A DNA stretch of 35,189 nt from an uncultured Enterobacteriaceae bacterium (GCA_964420785.1 CAYQVE010000002.1:1-35189); one strand, 5' to 3'; shown: positions 1-9,146, numbered from the stretch's first letter. The notes: generated by a model not told the origin, from the letters alone. Program-made: numbers and translations.

Positions 1-840
1 GCGGCGGGCGAGATCGCCAAGCGCACGAACAACCGCTACACCGTGGATGTGTTCCCGGCGTCATCCCTGGGCAACGAAACGCAGATCAACCAGGCGCTCT
101 CGCTGGGCACGGTAGACGTGATCTACACGGGGCAAGCGTTCGCTGCGCGCACCTACCCGCCGCTGGGGATCGGCGGCGCGCCCTACATGTTCCGCGACTT
201 CGGCCATTGGAAGAAATACTCCGAGAGCGCGGTGCTCCATGACCTCGAGGAGGCCTACTACAAGAAGGGCGGCAACAAGCCGATCGCGGCCGTCTACTAC
301 GGTGTGCGCCACACGACCGCGAACAAGCCGATCGTGAAGCCCGATGACATGAAGGGCCTGAAGCTGCGCGTGCCGGACGCGCCGCTCTACATCATGTACC
401 CCAAGGTGGTCGGCGCGAACGCCACGCCGATCGCATTCGCCGAGGTCTACCTCGCGCTGCAGAACGGCACCGTGGATGCGCAGGAGAATCCCCTGCCGAC
501 GATCCTCGCGAAGAAATTCTACGAAGTGCAGTCGCACATCAACCTCACCGGCCACATCACCGAGATGCTGCTGGTCATCGTCAGCGGGCCGCTGTGGAGC
601 CAGCTCTCCGTGGGCGAGCGCGAAGTATTCCAGGATGTGTTCCGCGAGGCCTGCGCCAGGGCAACCGCCGAGATCGCCGCGTCGGAGATCCGGCTGGTCG
701 ACGAATTCGCGAAGAAATACGGCAAGACCGTGGTGAAATCGGATCGCACCGCATTCAAGCGGGCGTTCACGAAATTCCTCGTCGGCCCGGACGTGGCCTG
801 GGACAAGGCGCTCTACGACAAGGTGCAGGCGCTGAAGTAG
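1..840 (+). CDS. dctP: TRAP transporter substrate-binding protein, DctP family (5' end cut by window edge)
   Basis: Frame 1 is open from base 1 (AAGEIAKRTNNRYTVDVFPASSLGNETQ...) to TAG 838-840. DctP-type motifs: LGNETQINQALSLGTVDV, LKLRVPDAP, ALQNGTVDAQENPL. DctQ and DctM genes follow directly. Confidence 0.9.
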   Translation, partial: AAGEIAKRTNNRYTVDVFPASSLGNETQINQALSLGTVDVIYTGQAFAARTYPPLGIGGAPYMFRDFGHWKKYSESAVLHDLEEAYYKKGGNKPIAAVYYGVRHTTANKPIVKPDDMKGLKLRVPDAPLYIMYPKVVGANATPIAFAEVYLALQNGTVDAQENPLPTILAKKFYEVQSHINLTGHITEMLLVIVSGPLWSQLSVGEREVFQDVFREACARATAEIAASEIRLVDEFAKKYGKTVVKSDRTAFKRAFTKFLVGPDVAWDKALYDKVQALK

Positions 841-852
841 CGCGGAGCTCGG

Positions 853-1434
853 ATGAGTGCTTCTGCGGGGGGTGAAGGGGGCGCCGACCACGTCCTCGGC
901 GCCGACGGACGCTTCCACGCCGTGGACGAGGAGGTCCGGCTCTCGATCTACGGCTGGGAGGACTGGATCGTCCTTGCAGTGTTCTGGATTCTCGCTTTTG
1001 TCGTCTTCCACCAGGTCTTCACGCGGTATGTCCTGAACGACGCGGCGGGCTGGACCGAGGAGATCGCCCGCTACCTGCTCATCGCCGTCACTTTCCTCGG
1101 CGGCGCGATGGCGGTGCGACGGAACACGCACATCCAGGTGGATTTCGTCTACCGCTTCCTTCCGCGCGCGGCAGGTCGCGCCCTTTCTCTCCTCGTCGAC
1201 GCCGTGCGAGTCGCCTTTTTCGGCTACGCGGTGTGCCTGACCTGGCTGCTGATGGACCGGATCGGATCGCAGAGGATGGCGGTCGTCGAGCTGCCCATCG
1301 GCCTGGTGTTCGGCGCCATGCTCACAGGGTTTGCGCTCATGTTCGGCCGCGCGCTGCAGGTCGCATGGAAGCACTGGCGCCGGGGCTACAGCGTGCTCGA
1401 GCGCCCGGACGTGCTTCAGGAGGACAAGGCGTGA
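853..1434 (+). CDS. dctQ: TRAP transporter small permease, DctQ family
   Basis: ATG 853 lies 5 nt after GGAG (844-847). The 193-aa hydrophobic protein has about 4 TM segments (WIVLAVFWILAFVVF, YLLIAVTFLGGAMAV, etc.) and sits between the DctP and DctM genes. Confidence 0.85.
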   Translation: MSASAGGEGGADHVLGADGRFHAVDEEVRLSIYGWEDWIVLAVFWILAFVVFHQVFTRYVLNDAAGWTEEIARYLLIAVTFLGGAMAVRRNTHIQVDFVYRFLPRAAGRALSLLVDAVRVAFFGYAVCLTWLLMDRIGSQRMAVVELPIGLVFGAMLTGFALMFGRALQVAWKHWRRGYSVLERPDVLQEDKA

Positions 1435-2705
1435 CCGCAGTGCTGCTGGTCGGCTTTATCGTGCTCATGCTCGCAGGAGTACCCGTCGCGCTGGCGATGA
1501 TCGTCGCATCGCTCGCTTACGTGATGATCTCCGGCACCGTTCCGGACTTCGTCGTCATCCACCGCATGTACGGCGGCATCGATTCCTTCCCGCTGCTCGC
1601 GGTGCCCTTCTTCATCCTCGCAGGTAATCTGATGAATTCCGCGGGAATTACCAACCGCATCTACAACTTCGCCCTGGCGCTGGTCGGATGGCTGAGGGGC
1701 GGGCTCGGGCACGTGAACATCGTCGGCTCGATGATCTTCGCCGGCATGTCGGGAACGGCGATCGCCGACGCCGCCGGCCTGGGGACGATCGAGATCAAGG
1801 CGATGAAGGACCACGGCTATCCGATAGATTTCTCCGTCGGCGTGACCGCCGCCTCGGCGACGCTCGGCCCTATCATTCCGCCCTCGCTGCCTTTCGTCAT
1901 CTATGGAATGATGGCCGGCGTTTCCATAGGACAGCTCTTTCTCGCGGGCGTGATACCGGGGATCGTCATGGGCCTGTTCATGATGGCGACCGTGACCTGG
2001 TACGCGCACCGGCGCAACTACGGACGCGACACGGCGTTTTCCTGGCTCGCGCTCGGCAGCACCTTCGCCGATGCCTTCCTCGCCCTGATGACGCCGGTGA
2101 TCCTGTTGGGCGGAATGACCGTCGGCGTGTTCACTCCGACCGAAGGCGCGATCATCGCCTCGGCCTATGCCCTCGCCCTGGGGCTCGTCTGGTACCGCAC
2201 CCTCTCCCTGAAGATGCTCGTGAAGATCTCGATGGACACGATCGAGACGACCGCAACGGTGCTGCTTATCGTCGCGGCCGCATCGATTTTCGGGTGGCTG
2301 CTCACGGTCACGCGCGTGACCGATGCGGTCGCGGCCTGGGTCCTCGCCTTCACCCACACGCCCTGGGTGTTCCTGCTGCTCGCGAACGTGCTGATGCTCG
2401 TGGTCGGCTGCTTCCTCGAGCCGGTGGCGGCGATCACGCTGCTCGTGCCCATCCTAGCCCCGATCTGCAAGACCCTCGGCATCGACCTCGTCCACTTCGG
2501 CCTGGTGATGGTGCTCAATCTCATGATCGGCCTGCTGCACCCGCCGCTCGGCACGGTGCTGTTCGTCCTGTCGCGCACCGCAAGGCTCTCGGTGGAACGC
2601 ACTACCACGGCGATACTGCCCTGGCTCGTGCCGCTCCTTGCAGCGCTCATCGTGTGCACCTACGTTCCCGAGATCGTGCTGTGGCTGCCGCGGCGGTTTT
2701 TCTAG
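1431..2705 (+). CDS. dctM: TRAP transporter large permease, DctM family
   Basis: GTG 1431 overlaps the dctQ stop (GTGA). Translation MTAVLLVGFIVLMLAGVPVALAMIVASLAYV... is a typical DctM N-terminus in a polytopic 424-aa protein. The longer ORF-track start at 1233 would overlap dctQ and is Arg/Pro-rich junk. Confidence 0.9.
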   Translation: MTAVLLVGFIVLMLAGVPVALAMIVASLAYVMISGTVPDFVVIHRMYGGIDSFPLLAVPFFILAGNLMNSAGITNRIYNFALALVGWLRGGLGHVNIVGSMIFAGMSGTAIADAAGLGTIEIKAMKDHGYPIDFSVGVTAASATLGPIIPPSLPFVIYGMMAGVSIGQLFLAGVIPGIVMGLFMMATVTWYAHRRNYGRDTAFSWLALGSTFADAFLALMTPVILLGGMTVGVFTPTEGAIIASAYALALGLVWYRTLSLKMLVKISMDTIETTATVLLIVAAASIFGWLLTVTRVTDAVAAWVLAFTHTPWVFLLLANVLMLVVGCFLEPVAAITLLVPILAPICKTLGIDLVHFGLVMVLNLMIGLLHPPLGTVLFVLSRTARLSVERTTTAILPWLVPLLAALIVCTYVPEIVLWLPRRFF

Positions 2706-2718
2706 GATCGCGCCCGCC

Positions 2719-3699
2719 ATGAAGATCGTCATCACCGGAGGCGGAGGCTTTATCGGCTCGAAGCTGGCAAAGGCGTTGCTCGCGCGAGGAACGCTCGCCG
2801 CGGAGAGAATCGCGCGCCTGACGCTCGTCGATCAGGCATTTCCGCCCGATCTGCCCAAAGATCCGAGGCTCGAAGCGCTCGCGGGCGACATCTCCGATCC
2901 GAAATTCGCCGCTCACGCGATCTCGCCTGACACGGGCTCGGTGTTCCATCTCGCCGCGGTGGTCTCGGGCGCCGCGGAGGCGGACTTCGACCTCGGAATG
3001 CGGGTCAACCTGCAAGGCATGCGCAACGTGCTCGATCAGGCGCGACGCATTTTCGACGCGGCTGCGCGGCCGCCGCGCCTGGTGTTCGCCAGCTCGGTCG
3101 CGGCCTTCGGCGGGGACCTGCCCGGAGTTCTCGACGACTCGACCACGCCCGCGCCGCAGACTTCCTACGGCACGCAGAAGGTAATCGGCGAATATCTCGT
3201 GAGCGACTTCTCGCGCAAGGGCTACGTCGACGGCAGGTCGCTGCGCCTTCCGACCATCGTCGTGCGACCCGGAAAACCGAACGCCGCGGCCTCGTCTTTT
3301 GCGAGCGCCGTCGTGCGCGAGCCCCTGAACGGAATCGCCTACGAATGCCCGCTTCCGCCCGAAACCGGCGTGTGGCTGCTTTCACCCCGCAAGGTGGTCG
3401 AGGCCTTCATCCATGCGCACGATCTTCCAGCCTCGGCTTGGGGTTCCAGCCGCGTGGTGAACCTGCCCGGGATCACGGTGACGGTCGCCGAGATGATCGC
3501 GGCCATGGGGAAGATCGCGGGGTCCCGGGTCGTCAAGCGCGTGTCCTGGAAGCTCGACGCGCGCATCGATGCGATCGTGAAGACCTGGCCGGTGCGCTTC
3601 GCGACGGCGCGCGCGCTGGCGCTCGGCTTCAAGGCCGATCCCGGCATCGACGCCGTGATCCGCGACTACATCGCGGACGAGAACGTCAGGATCGGCTAG
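2719..3699 (+). CDS. NAD-dependent epimerase/dehydratase family protein (extended SDR)
   Basis: ATG 2719 gives MKIVITGGGGFIGSKLAKALL (Rossmann GxxGxxG). A YGTQK (YxxxK) catalytic motif is present. Same strand, 13 nt after dctM. Resembles sugar-acid dehydrogenases often linked to TRAP systems; the substrate is not inferable. Confidence 0.85.
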   Translation: MKIVITGGGGFIGSKLAKALLARGTLAAERIARLTLVDQAFPPDLPKDPRLEALAGDISDPKFAAHAISPDTGSVFHLAAVVSGAAEADFDLGMRVNLQGMRNVLDQARRIFDAAARPPRLVFASSVAAFGGDLPGVLDDSTTPAPQTSYGTQKVIGEYLVSDFSRKGYVDGRSLRLPTIVVRPGKPNAAASSFASAVVREPLNGIAYECPLPPETGVWLLSPRKVVEAFIHAHDLPASAWGSSRVVNLPGITVTVAEMIAAMGKIAGSRVVKRVSWKLDARIDAIVKTWPVRFATARALALGFKADPGIDAVIRDYIADENVRIG

Positions 3700-4553
3700 C
3701 CGAAGAGCGCAGGCGCCTGGTCGAAGAACGCAAGCGTTCTGGCCTCGATGCTCTGGCGCGGCGGCGCGCCCTCCGGGGTGTTCGGATCGTCGAACGAGCT
3801 GTGCGCGGTGAAGCGTGCGCGCCCGTCCTTCGCCGAGTCGTACACCTTGAAGACCAGGGCCTCGTCGCGCCGCATCCGGGGAAAGTAGAACCAGCGGTGT
3901 TCCGGGTTGTAGCCGACGCGGTAGGTCTCACCCACGCGGTTCGGATAGCGGCGCTCGGCGCGGATCAAGTCCTTCGGCGCGAGGCTCCGCGCATCGGCGA
4001 TGGCGAGCGGGTTCGACTGGATCGGTTGGTTGATCGCGCGCCACACTTGGATGATGGCGAAGCGCCTTTGCAGCAATGCCTCCGCTTCGTCCGGCAAGAG
4101 GTCGCGCACGCGCTGCGGCCCGGACCACTCGGTGTAGTCGTTGTGCACGTTCAGCACCGGCTCGCGCACCAACCGCGCCTCGCGCTCGGCCTCGTCGCCC
4201 GAGCGAAGCGTGTGATCGAAGACGACGACGCGGGAGGCGCGGGAAACCTTCCTTATCAGCGCCTCGACCTCGGGGTAATAGACGCGCTTCAGCTCCTCGG
4301 CATCGAAGAAGTCGCGGACCTGCGTCTCGTGTTTCACGAACTCGAAACCGGTGACCTCGAGGTCGAATTCGTTCGCGAGCGGCCGGCCGTTTCGGATCGT
4401 CATCTGCCGCACTTCATGTTCGCCCGAGACTCGACGGCGGATGTTGTTGGGGCCGAAGGTCTCGTTCACCGGCTTCACGCCGGTGTCGACGGTGTAGTGG
4501 AGACCGGCGGTCACCGCGCCGGCTTCGGCCTTCGGGGCTGCTGTTCCACTCAT
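3696..4553 (-). CDS. CmcJ/NvfI-family oxidoreductase-like protein
   Basis: 285-aa translation (…HYTVDTGVKPVNE…VFDHTLR…LNVHNDYTEWSGPQRVRDLL…FAIIQVWRAINQPI…PLAIADARS…) matches my recollection of the CmcJ/NvfI hydroxylase-like family. ATG 4553 is preceded by AGGGAAG. Confidence 0.75.
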   Translation of the reverse strand: MSGTAAPKAEAGAVTAGLHYTVDTGVKPVNETFGPNNIRRRVSGEHEVRQMTIRNGRPLANEFDLEVTGFEFVKHETQVRDFFDAEELKRVYYPEVEALIRKVSRASRVVVFDHTLRSGDEAEREARLVREPVLNVHNDYTEWSGPQRVRDLLPDEAEALLQRRFAIIQVWRAINQPIQSNPLAIADARSLAPKDLIRAERRYPNRVGETYRVGYNPEHRWFYFPRMRRDEALVFKVYDSAKDGRARFTAHSSFDDPNTPEGAPPRQSIEARTLAFFDQAPALFG

Positions 4554-4560
4554 GGCTTCC

Positions 4561-5061
4561 CTATTCGTGGGACTCGGACGAGTCGGTCGCGACCACGCTC
4601 GCGTCGACGATGTCCCCGCGATTGAAGAAATCGTCGATTGCGCGCGGCTCGTGCTGGATCTCCCACCAGTTGTTGTCGAGGTCCTGGAAGTAGAAGCCGT
4701 AGGCGCCGTGGCGTTCGAGCACCTTGTTGATTTTCCGTATTCCGTACCTGTCCTTCAGCCGGTGCGCCTCGGCGTGCGCGCGCTCGACTTCCGCGCGCGT
4801 GGCGACGTTCACACCCCAGTGGGTGAGGACGTGCTGGTTGGGGACGTTCTCGCCGATGCACACGGCGACCACGTACATCCCCGTCCTCAGGCGCAGCATC
4901 ATGGCGGGCCGCGCATGACGCACCACGTCCAGCCCGAGAAATTCCTCGTAGAAACGTCGCGAGTTCGCGAGGTTCTTGCACATCAGGGTGCCGTGCGAGA
5001 GCAGCATCGGATTGACGATCGATGACTTGTTCTTTTGCTGAGCGGCGAGGACCTGAGTCAT
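4561..5061 (-). CDS. VOC (glyoxalase/bleomycin-resistance/dioxygenase) family protein
   Basis: ATG at 5061 (CAT 5059-5061) gives the 166-aa MTQVLAAQQKN…LSHGTLMCKNLANSRRFYEEFLGLDVV…HWGVNV…YGFYFQDLDNNWWEI, a typical VOC beta-alpha-beta-beta-beta module. It lies 7 nt upstream of the CmcJ-like gene. The upstream part of the 265-aa ORF has no coding character. Confidence 0.8.
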   Translation of the reverse strand: MTQVLAAQQKNKSSIVNPMLLSHGTLMCKNLANSRRFYEEFLGLDVVRHARPAMMLRLRTGMYVVAVCIGENVPNQHVLTHWGVNVATRAEVERAHAEAHRLKDRYGIRKINKVLERHGAYGFYFQDLDNNWWEIQHEPRAIDDFFNRGDIVDASVVATDSSESHE

Positions 5062-5086
5062 ATTTCCCCCAAATCGGCTTCGGGCA

Positions 5087-5092
5087 ATTATA
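5087..5092 (-). promoter_or_regulatory. Candidate -10 element (perfect TATAAT on minus strand) for the VOC/CmcJ-like operon
   Basis: Plus-strand ATTATA at 5087-5092 reads TATAAT on the minus strand, 25 nt upstream of the VOC start, inside the 94-nt divergent spacer 5062-5155. No convincing -35 was seen. Confidence 0.35.
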
Positions 5093-5155
5093 GCCCGGCG
5101 CGACGCGCTTTCCCCCGGAGGCGGGGGTCTGATAGTCTCTCGGCGAGGAGGAATC

Positions 5156-6106
5156 ATGAGACGGACCACGGCGGTTCTCGTGTGGGTGCTGACGCTCGCC
5201 GCGAGCGCGGCGGCGCAGGAATTCCCTTCGAAGCCCGTGAGGCTCGTCGTTCCGTTCCCCCCGGGAGGTCCGCTCGACATCTCCGGGCGCCTGATCGGCA
5301 AGGAACTGCAGGACCGCTGGGGACAGCCGGTCGTCGTCGAGAACAAGCCCGGAAGCACGATCGGGCCCGAGCACGTCGCGAAGAGCGCCCCCGACGGCTA
5401 CACGCTCATGATCATCAGCTCGACCCCGCTCGTCACGCTGCCGCACCTGCAGAAGGTGCCCTACGACGTGCTGAGGGATCTGGTCGGCGTGACTCAGACC
5501 ACGCTCCTCACTTATGCCTTCGTCGTCAATCCGGCGAGCGGGATCGGCTCGATCCAGGATCTGATCGCCCGCGCGAAGAAGGAACCGGGGCGGCTCAACT
5601 ACGCGAGCGCCGGAAACGGCTCCGGGCAGCACCTCTACGTCGAGCTGCTGAAGAGCGCCGCGGACATCGACCTGACCCACGTGCCCTACAAGGGTGCGGC
5701 ACCCGCGCTCCAGGCGGTGCTCTCGGGCGAGCCTCCGATCATGCTCGACGTGACCGTCGCGGTGATTCCCCACGTGAAATCGGGGAAGTTGCGCGCCCTC
5801 ATGGTGACGGGCGGCGTGCCGCTCGAGCAGCTGCCCGGCGCTGTTCCGTTCGACTCGCTCTTTCCGGGCCTGGGTATACCAGGATGGCACGGCATCTTCA
5901 CCAACGGCGGTACGCCGAAGCCGGTGCTCGACAAGCTCGCCGCCGATATTCGGCAAGTGCTGCAGTTCCCGGGAGTGGCGAACCGCTTCCGCGACCTCGG
6001 TGTCGAGCCCTCCGGAGTCTCGGGCGACGAGTTCAACGCGATCGTGCGGCGCGACTACGCGCGCTGGGGCGAGATCATCCGCGCGAACAAGCTGCGCGCG
6101 GATTGA
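5156..6106 (+). CDS. Bug-family (TctC-like) tripartite tricarboxylate transporter substrate-binding protein
   Basis: ATG 5156 follows GAGGAGG. Signal peptide MRRTTAVLVWVLTLAASAAAQ, then the Bug hallmark FPSKPVRLVVPFPPGGPLD and …HVPYKGAAPAL…. Confidence 0.9.
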   Translation: MRRTTAVLVWVLTLAASAAAQEFPSKPVRLVVPFPPGGPLDISGRLIGKELQDRWGQPVVVENKPGSTIGPEHVAKSAPDGYTLMIISSTPLVTLPHLQKVPYDVLRDLVGVTQTTLLTYAFVVNPASGIGSIQDLIARAKKEPGRLNYASAGNGSGQHLYVELLKSAADIDLTHVPYKGAAPALQAVLSGEPPIMLDVTVAVIPHVKSGKLRALMVTGGVPLEQLPGAVPFDSLFPGLGIPGWHGIFTNGGTPKPVLDKLAADIRQVLQFPGVANRFRDLGVEPSGVSGDEFNAIVRRDYARWGEIIRANKLRAD

Positions 6107-6115
6107 TCCGCGTCG

Positions 6116-6766
6116 CTACCACGTCCGCGGCAGCGCGCGGGCGATGGTGATGCGGTCGCCCTTGACCTCGATGTAGCCGCCCTCGGCGAGGTCGTCGAGG
6201 ATCTTGCCGATCATTTCGCGGGAAGCGCCAGCGCGGGCGGCCATCTCCTGCGGCTTCGGCCGGTTTTCGACGACCAGAACGCCGTCGCGCTCCACGGCGA
6301 GATCGAGAAGCATGCGCGCCACGCGGCCGTACACGTCCATGAGCCCGAGGGTCTTCACGTCGTTGGTGAGCGTGCGCACCCGCTTGATCAGCTTCAGGAT
6401 GAGGTGCAGCGCGAATTCCGGGCTCTTCGTCACGAATTCCTTGAAGTCCTCCTTCGGCACGACCAGGAACTGCGTCGGCACGAGCGTCATCACCGAGGCC
6501 GAGCGCGGACCCTCGTCGAGCACCATCTCCCCGAAGTACTCCCCGGGCCCGGCCTCGCCGAGCGCGACCTCCTTACCCTCGTCGCTGACGTAGATCTTCA
6601 CGCGTCCCGCGACGATGATGTACAGCGAATCGGTGCGCTCGCCCTCCCTGACGACGACGGTGTTCTTCGGATACGACCGCGTCACCGCGCGCCGGGCGAA
6701 GTCCCTGAGATCGATTACGTCCAGGAGCTCGTCGGGTGACGGGCCCTTAGGCTTGCGTTTTTCCAT
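6116..6766 (-). CDS. Crp/Fnr-family transcriptional regulator (cNMP-binding domain + C-terminal HTH)
   Basis: 216 aa. Cyclic-nucleotide-binding signature …GEYFGEMVLDEGPRSASVMT… and HTH …QEMAARAGASREMIGKILDDLAEGGYI…. Last gene of the minus-strand array. Confidence 0.85.
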   Translation of the reverse strand: MEKRKPKGPSPDELLDVIDLRDFARRAVTRSYPKNTVVVREGERTDSLYIIVAGRVKIYVSDEGKEVALGEAGPGEYFGEMVLDEGPRSASVMTLVPTQFLVVPKEDFKEFVTKSPEFALHLILKLIKRVRTLTNDVKTLGLMDVYGRVARMLLDLAVERDGVLVVENRPKPQEMAARAGASREMIGKILDDLAEGGYIEVKGDRITIARALPRTW

Positions 6767-6784
6767 CGGCTCCCCCGGATCTCC

Positions 6785-7693
6785 TCAGCCCGCGAAGCGC
6801 GGCTCGGGTACGCCGCGGATTCCGAGGCCGGTGATGCGGAAGAGGCTTCCCGCGAGGAACTGCGGTTTCGCTTCTCGTGCGAACCGGCCGTGCGCTGCGG
6901 GGTGCTTCACGCGCGCCATCGAGGTCACGTAGATCTCGTCGAGCTTGTCCCCGCCGAAAATGACGCTGGTGATGTTCCTCACCGGCATGCCGATGCGCCT
7001 CTCGACGCTCCCGTCGGGCGCATAGCGCACCAGGTCGCCCGAGATCAGCTGCGCGTTCCAAACGCAGCCCTCGGCGTCGACGGTCGAGCCGTCGGCGACG
7101 CCGGTGTCGTTCTTGAACGAGGCGAAAAGCCGCTTGTTGGCTGGCGTGCCCGTCGCGAGGTCGTAATCGTAGCGCCAGATCTCGCCCTGGAAGGTATCGG
7201 AGAAGTAGAAGGTCCTGTCGTCGGGGCTCCAGCACGGGCCGTTGGAGCAGATGATGCCGTCGTCGACCAGGGTGACGGAGAGATCGGGATCGAGGCGCCA
7301 CAGCCCGCAGATCTTCAGCTCCTCTTTGTCGTCCATGCCGCCTGCGAAGAAGCGCCCGTTCCGATCGCACTTGCCGTCGTTCAGGCGCGTGCGCGGCTGC
7401 CCCGCGTGGACGAGCCGGATCGCGTCGAGCTTGCCGGATTGGAAGTCGAAGAAATGGAAACCGTCGTCGAGCGCGAGCACCGCGCCGCCTTTGCGCCTGA
7501 GCGCGAGCGCCCCCACGTCGCGCGTGAGCGCCCAGTTCTCGGTCCTGCCGCTCTTCGGATCGAGCCGCCAGATCGAGGGTTTGCCGACGCGCCGGCCGGT
7601 CCCGTCAACCCAGTAGAGGCGGCCTTCCTCGACGTCCCAGACCGGGCCCTCGCCGAGATGGTTGGCGCACTCGAGGACGCACTCGATCCGCAC
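6785..7693 (-). CDS. SMP-30/gluconolactonase/LRE family protein
   Basis: 302 aa with a GTG start. ECANHLGEGPVWDVEEGRLYWVD and the repeated beta-propeller pattern are typical of SMP-30 lactonases. Confidence 0.85.
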   Translation of the reverse strand: MRIECVLECANHLGEGPVWDVEEGRLYWVDGTGRRVGKPSIWRLDPKSGRTENWALTRDVGALALRRKGGAVLALDDGFHFFDFQSGKLDAIRLVHAGQPRTRLNDGKCDRNGRFFAGGMDDKEELKICGLWRLDPDLSVTLVDDGIICSNGPCWSPDDRTFYFSDTFQGEIWRYDYDLATGTPANKRLFASFKNDTGVADGSTVDAEGCVWNAQLISGDLVRYAPDGSVERRIGMPVRNITSVIFGGDKLDEIYVTSMARVKHPAAHGRFAREAKPQFLAGSLFRITGLGIRGVPEPRFAG

Positions 7694-7700
7694 AGCCGGT

Positions 7701-8147
7701 TCAGCAGTCCCCGGCGCGCCGCGCCGCGATCCGGCTGACCGACCCGGTTCGCTTGGCCGCTTTCGGATCGCCGAGGCTGAAGTCCAGATTCACCGTGCCC
7801 TGCAACGTGTCCGGCGTGTAGTCGACGGAGCCGTGGCCCCCGATCGCGAAAATACCCTCGCACTTCACGTCGAATTCGAAGTGCCCGGCCGATCCGGTAT
7901 TGCCTGAAATCGCGCAGCCCGTCGCGCCGGGCACCGACATTTCCGCGAGCAACCGGCTGGGGTCGCGCGCGTCGGCGGCCGTGAGGCACTGATGGCGCGA
8001 GATCGCGGGCTGTTTGAATGCCGGATCCGCAGGAACCGAGAACTCGACGCTCATATCCCACAGGCCGGGCCGGATGTCGGCCTGCGCGGCGACGAACGGG
8101 CTTGTCGCGAGCCCCAGTACGAGCAGGCCCAGGCGAATTTGCGGCAC
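7701..8147 (-). CDS. DUF3617-like small exported protein
   Basis: 148 aa with a GTG start 2 nt after the upstream stop. Signal peptide MPQIRLGLLVLGLATSPFVAAQA, then the PGLWDMS…HQCLTAADARDPSRLL…C…GNT…C pattern recalled for DUF3617. Confidence 0.7.
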   Translation of the reverse strand: MPQIRLGLLVLGLATSPFVAAQADIRPGLWDMSVEFSVPADPAFKQPAISRHQCLTAADARDPSRLLAEMSVPGATGCAISGNTGSAGHFEFDVKCEGIFAIGGHGSVDYTPDTLQGTVNLDFSLGDPKAAKRTGSVSRIAARRAGDC

Positions 8148-8149
8148 GG

Positions 8150-9136
8150 TCAGGCTCCTCGTGAAATGCGCAATGACAACGCGGCCTGGCGCGCTTTTCC
8201 GGCGTGATCGAGCAGGCCCGCGGCAACGAGCGCTTTGCGGATGCGCTCGATCTCGGCTTGCGGAATCCTAACGAGCGGCGGGCGCGCTACCGCGCGCGGA
8301 AGCTTGCCCATCATCACCAGCGCTTCCTTCATTCGGTTGTGCATGTCGACCCAGGGCTCAGAGTAGAACGCTTCCGCCGTCGGCCAGATGCGGTCGTTGA
8401 TCTCCCGCGCGGTGGCGAGGTCGTTCGCACGCACCGCGCGAAAGAGCCGGGCCTGCAGATCCGCGATCACCGAGCCGCTTCCCGAGAGCAGGCCGTTGCA
8501 GCCCATCACGAGCGAGCTCATCAGCCACGAGCTGTGCGTGGTGAGCACGTTCACCGGAGGATTCAGGGACTGCAGGGTCCGGATTTGCCGCTCGTGCAGC
8601 TGCGGGCTCGCGCACCAGTCCTTGATCGCCGCCACCTGCGGCACCGCCTCGATGAGCTTCAACAAGGTCGCGAGCGGATAGCCCTGGCCGCCTGCGAGCG
8701 GGTACTGGAAGGCGATGATCGGGAGGGCCGCCGCGTCGGCGACGCGCCGGAAGTGCTCGACCGCCATTTCGGGGCCTTGGCCCATCGTAAAGGGCCCGGG
8801 CGGGAAAACGAGCAGCGCCGCCGCGCCGCCCTCCGCCGCCATCTTTGCGATGCGCGCCGCCTCGAGGCTGCCTTCGGCGTATACGCCGTGCACGATCGGG
8901 AGCCGCCCGCCGATCTCGTCCCTCGCGATCGCGAGAACGCGCCTCTGCTCTTCGAACGTGCAGGAAGCAACCTCGGTCGAGTGCGCGTTGATGGTGATCG
9001 CGGACAGTCCTTCGACCGAGGCGACGTCGCGCAAGTGCGCGCGGAAGGACGGCTCGTCGATCGACAGGTCCTCGTGGAACGGCAGCAGCACAGCGGGGAT
9101 GACCCCCTGCGGAATCCACTTCGCGTCGCGTGCCAT
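8150..9136 (-). CDS. Dihydrodipicolinate synthase (DapA/NAL) family lyase
   Basis: ATG 9136 follows AAGGAG with 5-nt spacing. The 328-aa protein has a TIM-barrel DapA-family pattern (GVIPAVLLPF…, Schiff-base lysine context VAAIKDW). Confidence 0.85.
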   Translation of the reverse strand: MARDAKWIPQGVIPAVLLPFHEDLSIDEPSFRAHLRDVASVEGLSAITINAHSTEVASCTFEEQRRVLAIARDEIGGRLPIVHGVYAEGSLEAARIAKMAAEGGAAALLVFPPGPFTMGQGPEMAVEHFRRVADAAALPIIAFQYPLAGGQGYPLATLLKLIEAVPQVAAIKDWCASPQLHERQIRTLQSLNPPVNVLTTHSSWLMSSLVMGCNGLLSGSGSVIADLQARLFRAVRANDLATAREINDRIWPTAEAFYSEPWVDMHNRMKEALVMMGKLPRAVARPPLVRIPQAEIERIRKALVAAGLLDHAGKARQAALSLRISRGA

Positions 9137-9146
9137 GGTGACTCCT

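Noticed and set aside
61-1374. 437-aa minus-strand ORF opposite dctP/dctQ
   Set aside because: Antisense to TRAP genes with clear family motifs. The translation has no recognisable domain and a skewed R/D/H/G composition.
1233-1430. Upstream extension of dctM (ORF-track start 1233); similar N-terminal extensions at 2638, 21857, 22522, 24845, 29615, 31979-32185 and 19188
   Set aside because: Each extension overlaps the preceding gene or has Arg/Pro-rich non-protein-like sequence. In every case an internal ATG/GTG with an SD, or a stop-start overlap, gives a protein that begins where family homology begins.
3345-5956. Long alternative-frame ORFs 3345-4625 (+, 426 aa) and 4550-5956 (-, 468 aa)
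   Set aside because: They overlap the CmcJ-like, VOC and Bug genes in antisense or out-of-frame positions and translate to Arg-rich low-complexity sequence.
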